A stretch of 64,000 nucleotides of DNA from a virus, in IMG/VR virus record IMGVR_UViG_3300022407_006288, positions 32,001 to 96,000 of that record. One strand, 5' to 3'. Within the stretch, counting starts at the first letter, position 1; the number at the start of each line of letters is the position of its first letter. The notes beneath the pieces are model-generated. The model worked only from the letters and a program-made list of their open reading frames with translations, was not told the DNA's origin and searched no databases. Below are positions 39,722 through 48,834 of this stretch, in pieces. The position numbers and the translations under genes are program-made.

Positions 39722-40165
39722 ATGAAGAAACTAGCAATTATTGCTGCTCTAATGGCGGTTACCGGAGTTGCATCAGCAACTGATCTAGGCGTTCGTGGCG
39801 GTCGTAACTTTGGAAGCGACACCAACAACTTTGGCGTTATTCTTGGCCAACAATTTGGTAAGTTTGGCGCCGAGCTTGCATTTGATCGTGGTACTTCCCC
39901 TGTTTCGGGTAACCGTTACAGTCTCGTTGGTTCATATGATGTTGTCAAGTATCGCAACGTGACATTTACTGTTAAGGCAGGTGCTGCAATTGTTGAGCCA
40001 TCAGACACAGAAAGCAGCTATGCAGGCATTGTGGGTGTTGGTATTTCTTATCCAATATACAAGAATGTCAGCCTTGTTGCTGACTACTCATACCAACATG
40101 GTCAGAATCGCGTAAGTCAATTTGACGGCAATGCACTGACTGCAGGTATCAAGTATTCATTCTAA
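39722..40165 (+). CDS. Outer-membrane beta-barrel protein (OmpA-TM/Ail/Lom-like)
   Basis: Signal peptide MKKLAIIAALMAVTGVASA, amphipathic strands, C-terminal GIKYSF; TTGACA-17-TAAACT promoter at 39640. Confidence 0.8.
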   Translation: MKKLAIIAALMAVTGVASATDLGVRGGRNFGSDTNNFGVILGQQFGKFGAELAFDRGTSPVSGNRYSLVGSYDVVKYRNVTFTVKAGAAIVEPSDTESSYAGIVGVGISYPIYKNVSLVADYSYQHGQNRVSQFDGNALTAGIKYSF

Positions 40166-40221
40166 AAAGTAGATAAACATAAAAGGGGTACATGCCCCTT
40201 TTATTTTGCATGGAGCATTAC

Positions 40222-40407
40222 ATGACAGATAAATGGACTGTGTTGACCGAAGAAGATCCCGAAACGGGTGATGTTATCTTGCCTTTTCCCGATGACATGA
40301 TGGAACAACTGGGTTGGCTAGAAGGCGATGTACTGGACTTCGACATCAAGGATGACTGTGTCACAGTAATTAACATTAGCCACAACAAAAGAACAAATAA
40401 CTTGTAA
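40222..40407 (+). CDS. AbrB/MazE-like DNA-binding protein
   Basis: GDVILPFPDDMMEQLGWLEGDVLDF. Confidence 0.65.
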   Translation: MTDKWTVLTEEDPETGDVILPFPDDMMEQLGWLEGDVLDFDIKDDCVTVINISHNKRTNNL

Positions 40408-40453
40408 ATTTATGAAAATTTACAAGTTATTATAACAACAAGACAAGTAATCA

Positions 40454-41158
40454 ATGCTAACAGCACTATATATCCTTTTAATGACGCACGTAACAATTGT
40501 GTGTGTAACACTCTTTTTACATAGAGGACAAGCTCATCGAGGGATAGTATTTCACCCTGTTCTTTCTCACTTTATGAGATTTTGGTTGTGGCTTACAACA
40601 GGTATGGTTACTAAACAATGGGTTGCAATTCATAGAAAACATCATCAAAAAACCGATGTCAAAGGTGACCCGCATAGTCCGCACATATTTGGCATATGGA
40701 CAGTACTTTTTAAAGGTGCTTTTTTGTACACATCGGCCGCCAAAGATGCAAACTTAATTAAACAGTACGGTGCCGGTACGCCCGATGACTGGATTGAACG
40801 CAAGATATATACTCCTTATAATTTTGCCGGTATCATACTCATGCTGACTATAGATCTATTGCTATTTGGCGCATTTGGACTCGCAGTCTGGGCGATACAA
40901 ATGATTTGGATACCGTTTTGGGCAGCTGGCGTTGTGAACGGTGTAGGGCATTGGGCCGGATATCGTAATAGTGAAACAAAAGATCGTAGCACAAATATAG
41001 TGCCGTGGGGTATCCTAATTGGCGGAGAAGAGCTTCACAATAATCACCACGACATGCCATCAAGGGTCAAGTTGAGTGTAAAGTGGTTTGAGTTTGATTT
41101 GGGTTGGGCATGGTTTAAACTTTTTAATTTCACAAAATTAGCCAGCCTAACAAAATAA
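40454..41158 (+). CDS. Fatty acid (delta-9-type) desaturase
   Basis: His boxes HRGQAH, HRKHH and HNNHH; TM segments. Confidence 0.92.
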   Translation: MLTALYILLMTHVTIVCVTLFLHRGQAHRGIVFHPVLSHFMRFWLWLTTGMVTKQWVAIHRKHHQKTDVKGDPHSPHIFGIWTVLFKGAFLYTSAAKDANLIKQYGAGTPDDWIERKIYTPYNFAGIILMLTIDLLLFGAFGLAVWAIQMIWIPFWAAGVVNGVGHWAGYRNSETKDRSTNIVPWGILIGGEELHNNHHDMPSRVKLSVKWFEFDLGWAWFKLFNFTKLASLTK

Positions 41159-41191
41159 CATAAATATTTAAAACATAAACAGGGGAACATA

Positions 41192-41983
41192 ATGGATCTT
41201 TCAGTTAAAATTGAAGAACTTCAAAAGAAAAGCATATTCATAGCAACACCCATGTATGGTGGTATGAATCACGGATCATATATGCGTGCATGCCTTGATC
41301 TACAACAAGTGTGTATGCAGCACGGGATTAAGATTAAGTTTTCTTTTCTCTTTAACGAGTCCTTGATTACTCGTGCTAGAAATTATCTAGTTGACGACTT
41401 TTTAAAGTCAGATTTTACACACATGCTGTTTTTAGATTCCGATATTAGTTTTAACGCAATGGATGTGCTTACACTATTGGCTTTAGATTACGATATCGTG
41501 GGTGGCCCATATCCCAAGAAAGCAATCAAGTGGGGTGCTGTAAAACTTGCTGTTGAAAAAAATCCAGATGTTGATCCACAACTACTAGAAACAGTTGCCG
41601 GCGATTATGTTTTTAACATGGTAGAAAATACCAAACAGTTTCAAGTTGGTGAACCACTTGAAGTTAGAGAAATTGGTACCGGATACATGATGATCAAACG
41701 AGATGTATTTGATCGGTTTAGAGAAGCATATCCCAATACAAGATATAAGCCCGATCATGCACTTTACAACAAAGACGGCAATACATATATTCATGCATAT
41801 TTTGATACCATTATTGATCCGGAAACTGAAAGATACTTGTCAGAAGATTATATGTTTTGTCAAAGCTGGAGAAAAATTGGCGGCAAGATTTATCTGTGTC
41901 CGTGGATGCAAACAGAGCACGTGGGTACATATGCATTCAAGGGTGATATGTCATCTACAGCAAAGTTGGTTGGCACACTATAA
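41192..41983 (+). CDS. GT-A fold glycosyltransferase-like protein
   Basis: IFIATPMYGG, ESLITRARN, FLDSDI (DxD), IGTGYMMIKR, LSEDYMFC. Confidence 0.7.
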   Translation: MDLSVKIEELQKKSIFIATPMYGGMNHGSYMRACLDLQQVCMQHGIKIKFSFLFNESLITRARNYLVDDFLKSDFTHMLFLDSDISFNAMDVLTLLALDYDIVGGPYPKKAIKWGAVKLAVEKNPDVDPQLLETVAGDYVFNMVENTKQFQVGEPLEVREIGTGYMMIKRDVFDRFREAYPNTRYKPDHALYNKDGNTYIHAYFDTIIDPETERYLSEDYMFCQSWRKIGGKIYLCPWMQTEHVGTYAFKGDMSSTAKLVGTL

Positions 41984-41997
41984 ATACGAATACAAAT

Positions 41998-42074
41998 GCG
42001 GGAGTGGCGAAATTGGTAAACGCAGCGGTCTTAGAAGCCGTAAGCTGAGAGTTCGAGTCTCTCCTTCCGCACCA
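41998..42074 (+). tRNA. tRNA-Leu(TAG) with a short variable loop
   Basis: GCGGGAG/CTTCCGC; Leu-type D-loop AAATTGGTAAA; anticodon loop CT-TAG-AA; 5-nt variable region; ACCA. Confidence 0.85.
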
Positions 42075-42105
42075 TAAAACAAATAAATTTTTATAAAGAG
42101 TAAAT

Positions 42106-42642
42106 ATGTCCCATCCACAACAGTTAGCTTTTATTCGATCAGTAAAAGATCAATTTCCCAGTAATTTTACTGATGTAAAGGTATTAGAAGTGGGCAGTTT
42201 AGATATTAATGGTTCAATTAGGCAGTTTTTTAATAATTGTGATTATTTGGGCATTGATGTTGGTGCAGGCCGACATGTTGATGTGGTTTGTGCAGGACAA
42301 GATCTAGATCATGCCGATGCCACATATGATACTGTGGCATCCTGTGAGTGTTTTGAGCATAATCCCGAGTGGCTTAAAACATTCAGCAACATGCATCGGC
42401 TTGCTAAACCAGGGGGCCTTGTTTTTGTAACATGTGCTACCACAGGCCGCCCGGAACACGGCACAACTAAGACATCTCCAAACGACAGTCCATTGACAAT
42501 TGGTATAGGATGGGATTATTATAAGAACCTAACAGAGCATGATTTTAAAACCGCGTTTGAGTTAGATGAAATGTTCAGTTTGTGGAATATAAGAACAGAT
42601 ATGTCACATCGTGATCTATACTTTTATGGAGTGAAACGATAA
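42106..42642 (+). CDS. Class I SAM-dependent methyltransferase
   Basis: VLEVGSLDING, GIDVGAG, ECFEH, LAKPGGLV. Confidence 0.85.
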   Translation: MSHPQQLAFIRSVKDQFPSNFTDVKVLEVGSLDINGSIRQFFNNCDYLGIDVGAGRHVDVVCAGQDLDHADATYDTVASCECFEHNPEWLKTFSNMHRLAKPGGLVFVTCATTGRPEHGTTKTSPNDSPLTIGIGWDYYKNLTEHDFKTAFELDEMFSLWNIRTDMSHRDLYFYGVKR

Positions 42643-42930
42643 TATTTTAAAGTTTCTTGAATGACAGCTTACGGCGGCTACCGATACCAAGAGCATATTG
42701 TAATACCTTCTACCCAAAATAATATCGGTTATCGACCGAGGTAGATATTGCATAGTGAATAATTTGTCTTTTTCTTGTCTGTACAAAAGAATAAACAATT
42801 AGAATGAGGGAATAATTGGCCCTTAATTAACGGGTAGAATTTATGCGTACATCATAAAGTCCTAAGATGCCTGTTAAATTATCAGTTTGGTGAAAAAGCG
42901 GTTTAAGTCATTCATTTTTATTTGATAGAC

Positions 42931-43006
42931 GCCTGGGTGCGTAGAGAGGTCATACGTCTCCTTTACACGGAGAGCGATACTGGTTCGAGTCCAGTCCCAG
43001 GTACCA
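42931..43006 (+). tRNA. tRNA-Val(TAC)
   Basis: TCTCC-TT-TAC-AC-GGAGA; GGTTCGAGTCC; ACCA. Confidence 0.9.
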
Positions 43007-43058
43007 GTTTTAATCATGTAGAGATATTATTAGATAAATATAGTTTTAAATATATATG

Positions 43059-43134
43059 GGGGGATTAGCTCAGTTGGGAGAGCGTATGCTTTGCAAGCAT
43101 AATGTCGTCGGTTCGATCCCGTCATCCTCCACCA
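43059..43134 (+). tRNA. tRNA-Ala(TGC)
   Basis: G3-U70 acceptor pair; TATGC-TT-TGC-AA-GCATA; ACCA. Confidence 0.93.
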
Positions 43135-43149
43135 TAGTTAGAAAACAAT

Positions 43150-43225
43150 TCCTCAATAGCTCAGTCGGTAGAGTAGGTGACTGTTAATCACTTGGTCGGA
43201 GGTTCAAGTCCTTCTTGAGGAGCCA
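43150..43225 (+). tRNA. tRNA-Asn(GTT)
   Basis: TCCTCAA/TTGAGGA; GGTGA-CT-GTT-AA-TCACT; GCCA. Confidence 0.93.
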
Positions 43226-43247
43226 CCTTATATGGTAGAACAACAAA

Positions 43248-43583
43248 ATGAAAATATACTATCAAGATGAATACGGTGTTGTTATATATACTGCCACAGC
43301 TACATTAGTTCCACAAGCAGGCAACACAGTAATTTTTCAACAAGATACTTATCGTGTTAGTTCTGTTGCCTGGGCAATTGAACTTGATCAAATAATAGTA
43401 TCCGTAACACAAAATCAAACAAAATTATCCGAAAAGGATAACACCAGCAATAGACTTCAGGACATAAACACAGCTATAATTGCTGTAGGTAGAAGAGTTG
43501 ATCAACAAGAAAAGAAAGGTCGATTACTTTCCGAACAACTTGTTTCAGTTAGAACTCAATTAAAGCAAAAGGCACAAAAATGA
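43248..43583 (+). CDS. Hypothetical protein
   Basis: 111 aa with a C-terminal coiled coil. Confidence 0.6.
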   Translation: MKIYYQDEYGVVIYTATATLVPQAGNTVIFQQDTYRVSSVAWAIELDQIIVSVTQNQTKLSEKDNTSNRLQDINTAIIAVGRRVDQQEKKGRLLSEQLVSVRTQLKQKAQK

Positions 43584-43783
43584 TAATGATACCAGATAAA
43601 AACTTTAGGATGAAGAGAAGCACCAAGTGCATGATAGCACTAATGCGAGGAGAATCTCAACAAGGTCGAAATCAATTTAAGAAAATGATGATTCAGGCAG
43701 AAATTCACGAAGAAGCAGCAAAACGCGCCGCACTCAAATCACGAGATAATGCACCTGGTAAAACAGCCAAAGATCCAGAATAA
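43580..43783 (+). CDS. Hypothetical basic protein
   Basis: 67 aa; ATGA overlap with the upstream stop. Confidence 0.55.
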   Translation: MIMIPDKNFRMKRSTKCMIALMRGESQQGRNQFKKMMIQAEIHEEAAKRAALKSRDNAPGKTAKDPE

Positions 43784-43804
43784 CTATATTAGCCCTGTAC
43801 TATC

Positions 43805-43842
43805 AATCCGCAATTGTGTGCATCGCAGTTGCGGATTTTTTT
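43805..43842 (+). terminator. Terminator-like hairpin
   Basis: AATCCGCAA...TTGCGGATT followed by a T-run. Confidence 0.6.
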
Positions 43843-43943
43843 ATTTATAGTATCTTGATTAAACATACTTATTTAGAATCCAATTTAAGTAATAAATAAT
43901 ATCTAGTAATAGGACTAGGCCAAACTATTTTATTTGAGGTACT

Positions 43944-44603
43944 ATGGATTCTTTTATAGAAAGACTATCAGAATTACAACAATTTCTATCTAAACTGTCA
44001 TGGAAGAAAATTTTTCAGTTATTTGCGCTCCTGTTAATAATTTCAGTTGCATGGTTTTCCTATGCAATTAGCGATCAATTGTTCACTTATATAAGAACAG
44101 AAAAAATACAGCACATAGTTTCTCCAACCAAGCAGTTGTCCCAAACAACAATAGAGAAAATAACCGCAGCAACCAGCAGATCTGATCTTGTGTTGGGATC
44201 AGGCGTTACCATATTTAACTTTCAAAAAAATGTTAGGCATGTTATATATCTAGGTGCAAATTCGTATGATTTAAACGCTGATTTTAACAAGTATAATCAT
44301 CTATTGAATACAGAATCCCCCATATTTGGACAGAATGATTTTTATAATCGCAAAATAGTTGACATTATCAATGGCGATTTTATATGCGTACCTTATGAAA
44401 ATACACCATTTGCACAAGAAATGCCCGATTCAATACGTCATGCACAAACACTTTGCGTACATGGTATGCCACCGGTTTTTGGAAAACTTACCGGTACTGT
44501 TATGTTTTTCTTAAACAAGCCGCCCTCACTGGCAGAAACAGATCAGTTAAGAATCATAGCCAGAGATTTGTCTACATACATCTATGATCGTGAATTAAAA
44601 TAA
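43944..44603 (+). CDS. T4-type holin-like protein (single TM plus periplasmic GAF-like domain)
   Basis: TM at about aa 24-42; 219 aa; C-terminal LCVHGMPPVFGKLTGTVMFFL parallels T4 T YSCPYFNLDNIYAGTITMYW. Confidence 0.5.
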   Translation: MDSFIERLSELQQFLSKLSWKKIFQLFALLLIISVAWFSYAISDQLFTYIRTEKIQHIVSPTKQLSQTTIEKITAATSRSDLVLGSGVTIFNFQKNVRHVIYLGANSYDLNADFNKYNHLLNTESPIFGQNDFYNRKIVDIINGDFICVPYENTPFAQEMPDSIRHAQTLCVHGMPPVFGKLTGTVMFFLNKPPSLAETDQLRIIARDLSTYIYDRELK

Positions 44604-44615
44604 ATTAGGGCATTA

Positions 44616-45245
44616 TTGAAGCATAATGGAAGCACACACTCGCAGGATAGCAGCATGACTAAATTTAGATTTACTACTAGTAAAATTCTTATAATTACGA
44701 TTATATGTTTACTTTTACTGTTTGTGAGGTTATATTTTTCTCATGCTGCTAACGATCAATCTCGTGTTATTATAAAGCCGGAATTGTCGGAATATGTTGT
44801 CAACAATGTGCAGAGAATTCCCGATTTGGTTGGTGTACAGATTATTTCTATTAATCTACAAAAAAACACAAGATATGTAATGTACAGCTATTTTAAAGAT
44901 AGCAATGTTGACAAAATGTATTCGAATTTTTTTGAAAAAAGTCTCAGTGACGACATTCCTTTTTTCACCCGAGACAATGATAAAGTAAATTCATATCTTG
45001 TTAAATTAATTAATCATGAGTTTACATGTGTGCCTTATACAAGCACAGTCATGCACGAGTATGTTCCGGCAGCAGAAAAAAATATCAAATCAGTGTGTGC
45101 TGTTGCAATACCTCCGTCATATGGTTCTTTAACCGGCGCAATAGAGATATATCTAAGTAAAGAACCCGAAAATAAAGATGTACTAATAACAATTTCTAAA
45201 AATATTTCTAATCGCCTTATTACCGAAATAAACATCCGCCCCTGA
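44616..45245 (+). CDS. Paralog of 43944 (TM plus GAF-like domain)
   Basis: Shared INLQKNTRYV/FNFQKNVRHV, CVPY and CAVAIPPSYGSLTG motifs; start may be 44655. Confidence 0.5.
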   Translation: MKHNGSTHSQDSSMTKFRFTTSKILIITIICLLLLFVRLYFSHAANDQSRVIIKPELSEYVVNNVQRIPDLVGVQIISINLQKNTRYVMYSYFKDSNVDKMYSNFFEKSLSDDIPFFTRDNDKVNSYLVKLINHEFTCVPYTSTVMHEYVPAAEKNIKSVCAVAIPPSYGSLTGAIEIYLSKEPENKDVLITISKNISNRLITEINIRP

Positions 45246-45263
45246 GTCTATCACTCATACCAG

Positions 45264-45292
45264 TTGACATTTTTTTAAGATTTTTGTATAAT
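45264..45292 (+). promoter_or_regulatory. Consensus sigma70 promoter for the RNA ligase
   Basis: TTGACA-17 bp-TATAAT. Confidence 0.85.
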
Positions 45293-45317
45293 AGCAAAAA
45301 TCTACCACACGTGTCTT

Positions 45318-46388
45318 ATGCGAAAACTGGCCACTATTCGTCAAGTTAAAGAAATACTGCCAATTGCTGATGCAGATGCCATTGTCTTGGTCAAAATTGA
45401 TGGATGGAATTGTGTAGCACTAAAGGACGAATTTTCGATAGGCGACCGGTGTGTTTATTTTGAAATTGATAGTTTTATTCCCTTATGCCCACAAGTTGAG
45501 CACATTCGTGCCCGTGCATACAAACGTATGGGAGAAAAAGAAGGTGTGCGTATTAAAACTATTAAATTGCGTGGCGTTATTAGTCAAGGACTGGCACTGC
45601 CTTTAAGTAAATTTCCCAATGCTGTAGATGCGTATAATAATACCGCTCATGATTCGCAAGATGGCTATTTTGATGTATCGGACATACTGGGTGTGGAAAA
45701 GTATGAAATACCCGTTCCTGCATCCTTAAACGGTCAAATTTTTGGTAATTTCCCCACTTGTATTAAAAAGACTGATCAAGAGCGTTGTCAAAATCTGGGT
45801 GCGGATATTTTTGTTAAAAATCAAGATTCCCGATACGAAGTTACCATGAAACTTGATGGCACTTCCTTTACTGCATTTTACGTTAACGGAGATAGCGGAG
45901 TTTGTGGTCGCAACTGGCAATTGCAAATAAACGAAGAAAATCAACACAATAGCTTAATTCGTATGTACGTTGACAGTGATTTGCAACAAGTTTTAAGCAA
46001 ATTTGACAGAAATTTTGCACTACAGGGCGAGCTAATGGGTCCGGCTATACAAAAAAATCGTGAAGGCCTATCCGCACATAAACTGTTTATCTTTGACATC
46101 TATGACATTGATCGTGGTTGTTATTTAACGCCTGTTGATAGACACAGTGTCATGACTGAACTATGGCATCTTGGACTAAAGAAAAATATGGTACAACATG
46201 TGCCTGTACTACACGCTGATACAACACTTGGCAGTTTAGGCATCCACACAGTAGACGAACTTTTAAGGTTTGCAGAAGGCGTCAGTATTAATCATCCCGT
46301 ACGTGAAGGGCTGGTATTTAAGCGTGTCGATGGCGCTTTTAGTTTCAAAGCCATATCCAACATATTCTTGCTTAAATTTGAAGATTAA
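45318..46388 (+). CDS. RNA ligase (Rnl2/DRB0094-like)
   Basis: MRKLATIR...VYFEIDS N-terminal domain; KLDGTS, LQGELMG, REGLVFK, FKAIS. Confidence 0.9.
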   Translation: MRKLATIRQVKEILPIADADAIVLVKIDGWNCVALKDEFSIGDRCVYFEIDSFIPLCPQVEHIRARAYKRMGEKEGVRIKTIKLRGVISQGLALPLSKFPNAVDAYNNTAHDSQDGYFDVSDILGVEKYEIPVPASLNGQIFGNFPTCIKKTDQERCQNLGADIFVKNQDSRYEVTMKLDGTSFTAFYVNGDSGVCGRNWQLQINEENQHNSLIRMYVDSDLQQVLSKFDRNFALQGELMGPAIQKNREGLSAHKLFIFDIYDIDRGCYLTPVDRHSVMTELWHLGLKKNMVQHVPVLHADTTLGSLGIHTVDELLRFAEGVSINHPVREGLVFKRVDGAFSFKAISNIFLLKFED

Positions 46389-46429
46389 TTTTAAAAATTT
46401 CTTGATAAATAGTATATGGAACATATACT

Positions 46430-47263
46430 ATGAAATTATTTGAACTATTTTTAACGGAAACTACAGAGGAAGAAAGAGCAATACTTTCTTTATCTTCTGC
46501 TATTTCTAATCATATCAACAAGTATAAGGATATTGAGCCCGAACAGCTCAATTACGATGATTATGACTCCGATTACGACGACGATTTGGATATACACGGG
46601 GATGAAGATCAGCCACAAGATATAGGTACAATTGGTCAGTTATTTGACACACCTTTAGATATATTAAATCCCGTCAGACTTGAATTACAATCCGATTATG
46701 GAATTAGACAACGCATAAAAAGAGAAGACGAATCAGACAAGCAAATACTAAAACCTGGGTCAGATGATATATTGGGACTATGGTATTCTGATGGCAAGAC
46801 CATTGTGCTTAATAAAGATTATTTAGGATCACCGTCTTTAAAGTCAGCAGTATCCCATGAACTGAGACATGCTTTAGATGACTTTAAGTCTGATTTTAGA
46901 GCAAACACGCCCAATACCAAATATACAAAGTCCAAGATTAAATCTATTCGCAAGTTATCTGACAAGGATGATCCGCACGGGTTAAAAATATTATCTGAAC
47001 CTGCAGAAATAAATGCTAGATTTTCACAAGTACTTCATGCCATGACACCTGTTATAGCAAGATCAGTTAAACTTGAACCATACTATGCAGATAGACTTAT
47101 TAAAAATCAATTAAACAATGAGCTTGAACGTTATTTAATTGCAGATTTTTTCCCGCATAAACAAAATTCAAGAGAATATAAAAGATTTATAAAACGTGCA
47201 ATGGATTTTGTACAAAAAGAAAAGAAATATCAAGAAGACTTGTTAAAGTCAAAAAAAGATTAA
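46430..47263 (+). CDS. Putative internal virion protein with a zincin HExxH motif
   Basis: Starts MKLFELFLTE; SHELRHALD...EPAEINAR; GATAAATA at 46404. Confidence 0.55.
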   Translation: MKLFELFLTETTEEERAILSLSSAISNHINKYKDIEPEQLNYDDYDSDYDDDLDIHGDEDQPQDIGTIGQLFDTPLDILNPVRLELQSDYGIRQRIKREDESDKQILKPGSDDILGLWYSDGKTIVLNKDYLGSPSLKSAVSHELRHALDDFKSDFRANTPNTKYTKSKIKSIRKLSDKDDPHGLKILSEPAEINARFSQVLHAMTPVIARSVKLEPYYADRLIKNQLNNELERYLIADFFPHKQNSREYKRFIKRAMDFVQKEKKYQEDLLKSKKD

Positions 47264-47277
47264 ACAAAAGGCATGGT

Positions 47278-47706
47278 ATGTGGATTGAAAATGTAGCTGC
47301 CGCCGATGTTTTGTCGAGAAATCATCGAGATGCCGGGCACAACAGTATGCTGATTAGTATTGCTGACCCAGGCGGGTGGCATCCTACGCCCTCGCATAAT
47401 TTTAAAGAAATTCACGATTTTGAATTTTCCGATTTGGAAAAAGATCAGAAAATTATGGGTTCTGCAGTTAAGATTTTGGATGAAGATGCAGAAAGACTTG
47501 TGCGTTTATTGCAGCGTGCTTTTGAAAATCAAATGAATGTTGTGGTACATTGTGTGGCAGGTATATGCAGGTCAGGTGCAGTTTGCGAAGTAGGCATCAT
47601 GATGGGCTTTGAAGATACAGGCAGATTTCGTAATCCAAATCTACTGGTCAAACACAAAATGATGCAAGTGCTAGGGTGGAGTTACAACGAGGAAAACAAT
47701 GCATAA
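47278..47706 (+). CDS. Cys-dependent phosphatase (PTP/DSP-like)
   Basis: VVHCVAGICRSGAV (HCxxGxxR). Confidence 0.85.
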   Translation: MWIENVAAADVLSRNHRDAGHNSMLISIADPGGWHPTPSHNFKEIHDFEFSDLEKDQKIMGSAVKILDEDAERLVRLLQRAFENQMNVVVHCVAGICRSGAVCEVGIMMGFEDTGRFRNPNLLVKHKMMQVLGWSYNEENNA

Positions 47707-48124
47707 TATGAAAAAGTTTTTATTTATTGCACTACTATTTACAAATATTTGCTGTTATGCTGCAGAGATGACGTTGCCTATTCGCGGAGTGGCCGATGGC
47801 GACACAATTAAAACTAAATTAGATTTACCGTGCCCGTTGTGTTATGTGTCCATTAGAATTTTGGGAATAGATACCCCCGAATCAACCCGCCTGGCCAAAT
47901 GTCCGGCAGAATTGGCAAAAGGACTTGAAGCAAAGGCATTCCTTACCAATTTAGTCAAAGGACATGGTACCATGACAGTACGACATGTCAAGTGGGATAA
48001 ATATGGTGGCAGAATTGATGCAACCGTAGAAATTGATAATAAGAATGTTGCCGATTTGTTACTTGCAGCAGGTCTTGCAAAACCATATACCGGTCAAGGA
48101 CCAAAACCCAATTGGTGCTCTTAA
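47699..48124 (+). CDS. Thermonuclease (SNase-like), probably secreted
   Basis: DGDTI, IRILGIDTPE, DKYGGRI, LLLAAGLA; hydrophobic leader. Confidence 0.85.
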   Translation: MHNMKKFLFIALLFTNICCYAAEMTLPIRGVADGDTIKTKLDLPCPLCYVSIRILGIDTPESTRLAKCPAELAKGLEAKAFLTNLVKGHGTMTVRHVKWDKYGGRIDATVEIDNKNVADLLLAAGLAKPYTGQGPKPNWCS

Positions 48125-48183
48125 CCAGAATTACAATTGATATTATAATAAGACTACTAAATAAGTACGTAATAAAAAAATTT

Positions 48184-48258
48184 GCCCCTTTAGCATAGTG
48201 GTACTGCACCCGCCTTGTAAGCGGAAGATCGTCTGTTCGATTCAGACAAGGGGCACCA
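48184..48258 (+). tRNA. tRNA-Thr(TGT)
   Basis: GCCCCTT/AAGGGGC; anticodon loop CT-TGT-AA; ACCA. Confidence 0.9.
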
Positions 48259-48298
48259 ATAAAACATGTAAAGGATAATTAAAATAATAAAAAGCAAT

Positions 48299-48700
48299 AT
48301 GCATAAAAATTTTAATTGTCTAAATTGTGATAAAGAACATAACTTTAAAGGTTATAGTTATACTAATAAGTATTGCAATAATCAGTGTCAACAAGATTTC
48401 GAATATAAGGCAGCAATAAAAAATTGGGAAATTATTACACCCGGTAAAAGTAGAATTAAAAGATATCTTGCAGAATTATTTGGCAACAAATGTTCAATAT
48501 GTAATATTCAAACATGGTGTAATAAAGAAATTATTTTTGAATTAGAACATAGAGATGGTAATAGCGAAAATAATAATGCGGATAATTTGTGTTTAATTTG
48601 TCCAAATTGCCATAGTCAAACAAGTACATATAAAAATAAAAATATGGGCAATGGACGGCATATTAGGCGGCAGAGATACGCAGAAGGTAAAAGTTTTTAG
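48299..48700 (+). mobile_element. Free-standing HNH endonuclease within the tRNA array
   Basis: CSIC...ELEHRDGNSENNNADNLCLICPNCHSQT; N-terminal CLNC...YCNNQC; inserted between two tRNAs. Confidence 0.85.
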
Positions 48701-48728
48701 CAGTATATAAGTAATAAAGATATATTTG

Positions 48729-48802
48729 GCGAAATTAGTTTAATGGTAAAACCGTAGATTTCCAATCTTCTGTCATCAGTTCGATTCTGATATTTCGCTC
48801 CA
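48729..48802 (+). tRNA. tRNA-Gly(TCC)
   Basis: GCGAAAT/ATTTCGC; anticodon loop TT-TCC-AA; TCCA; one mismatch in the anticodon stem. Confidence 0.88.
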
Positions 48803-48834
48803 TCTAATACACAACAAAAAACAAGGACTCAATT

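Noticed and set aside
41998-42074. Amber suppressor or stop-codon recoding, suggested by 'TAG' in a tRNA
   Set aside because: The anticodon 5'-TAG-3' reads CUA (Leu); an amber suppressor would have CTA. Core genes are intact in the standard code, and TAG and TGA end genes normally.
42643-42930. Additional tRNA or ncRNA between the methyltransferase and tRNA-Val
   Set aside because: Only short stems (TCGGT/ACCGA) are present, with no T-loop or acceptor stem. The 60-aa antisense ORF has no support.
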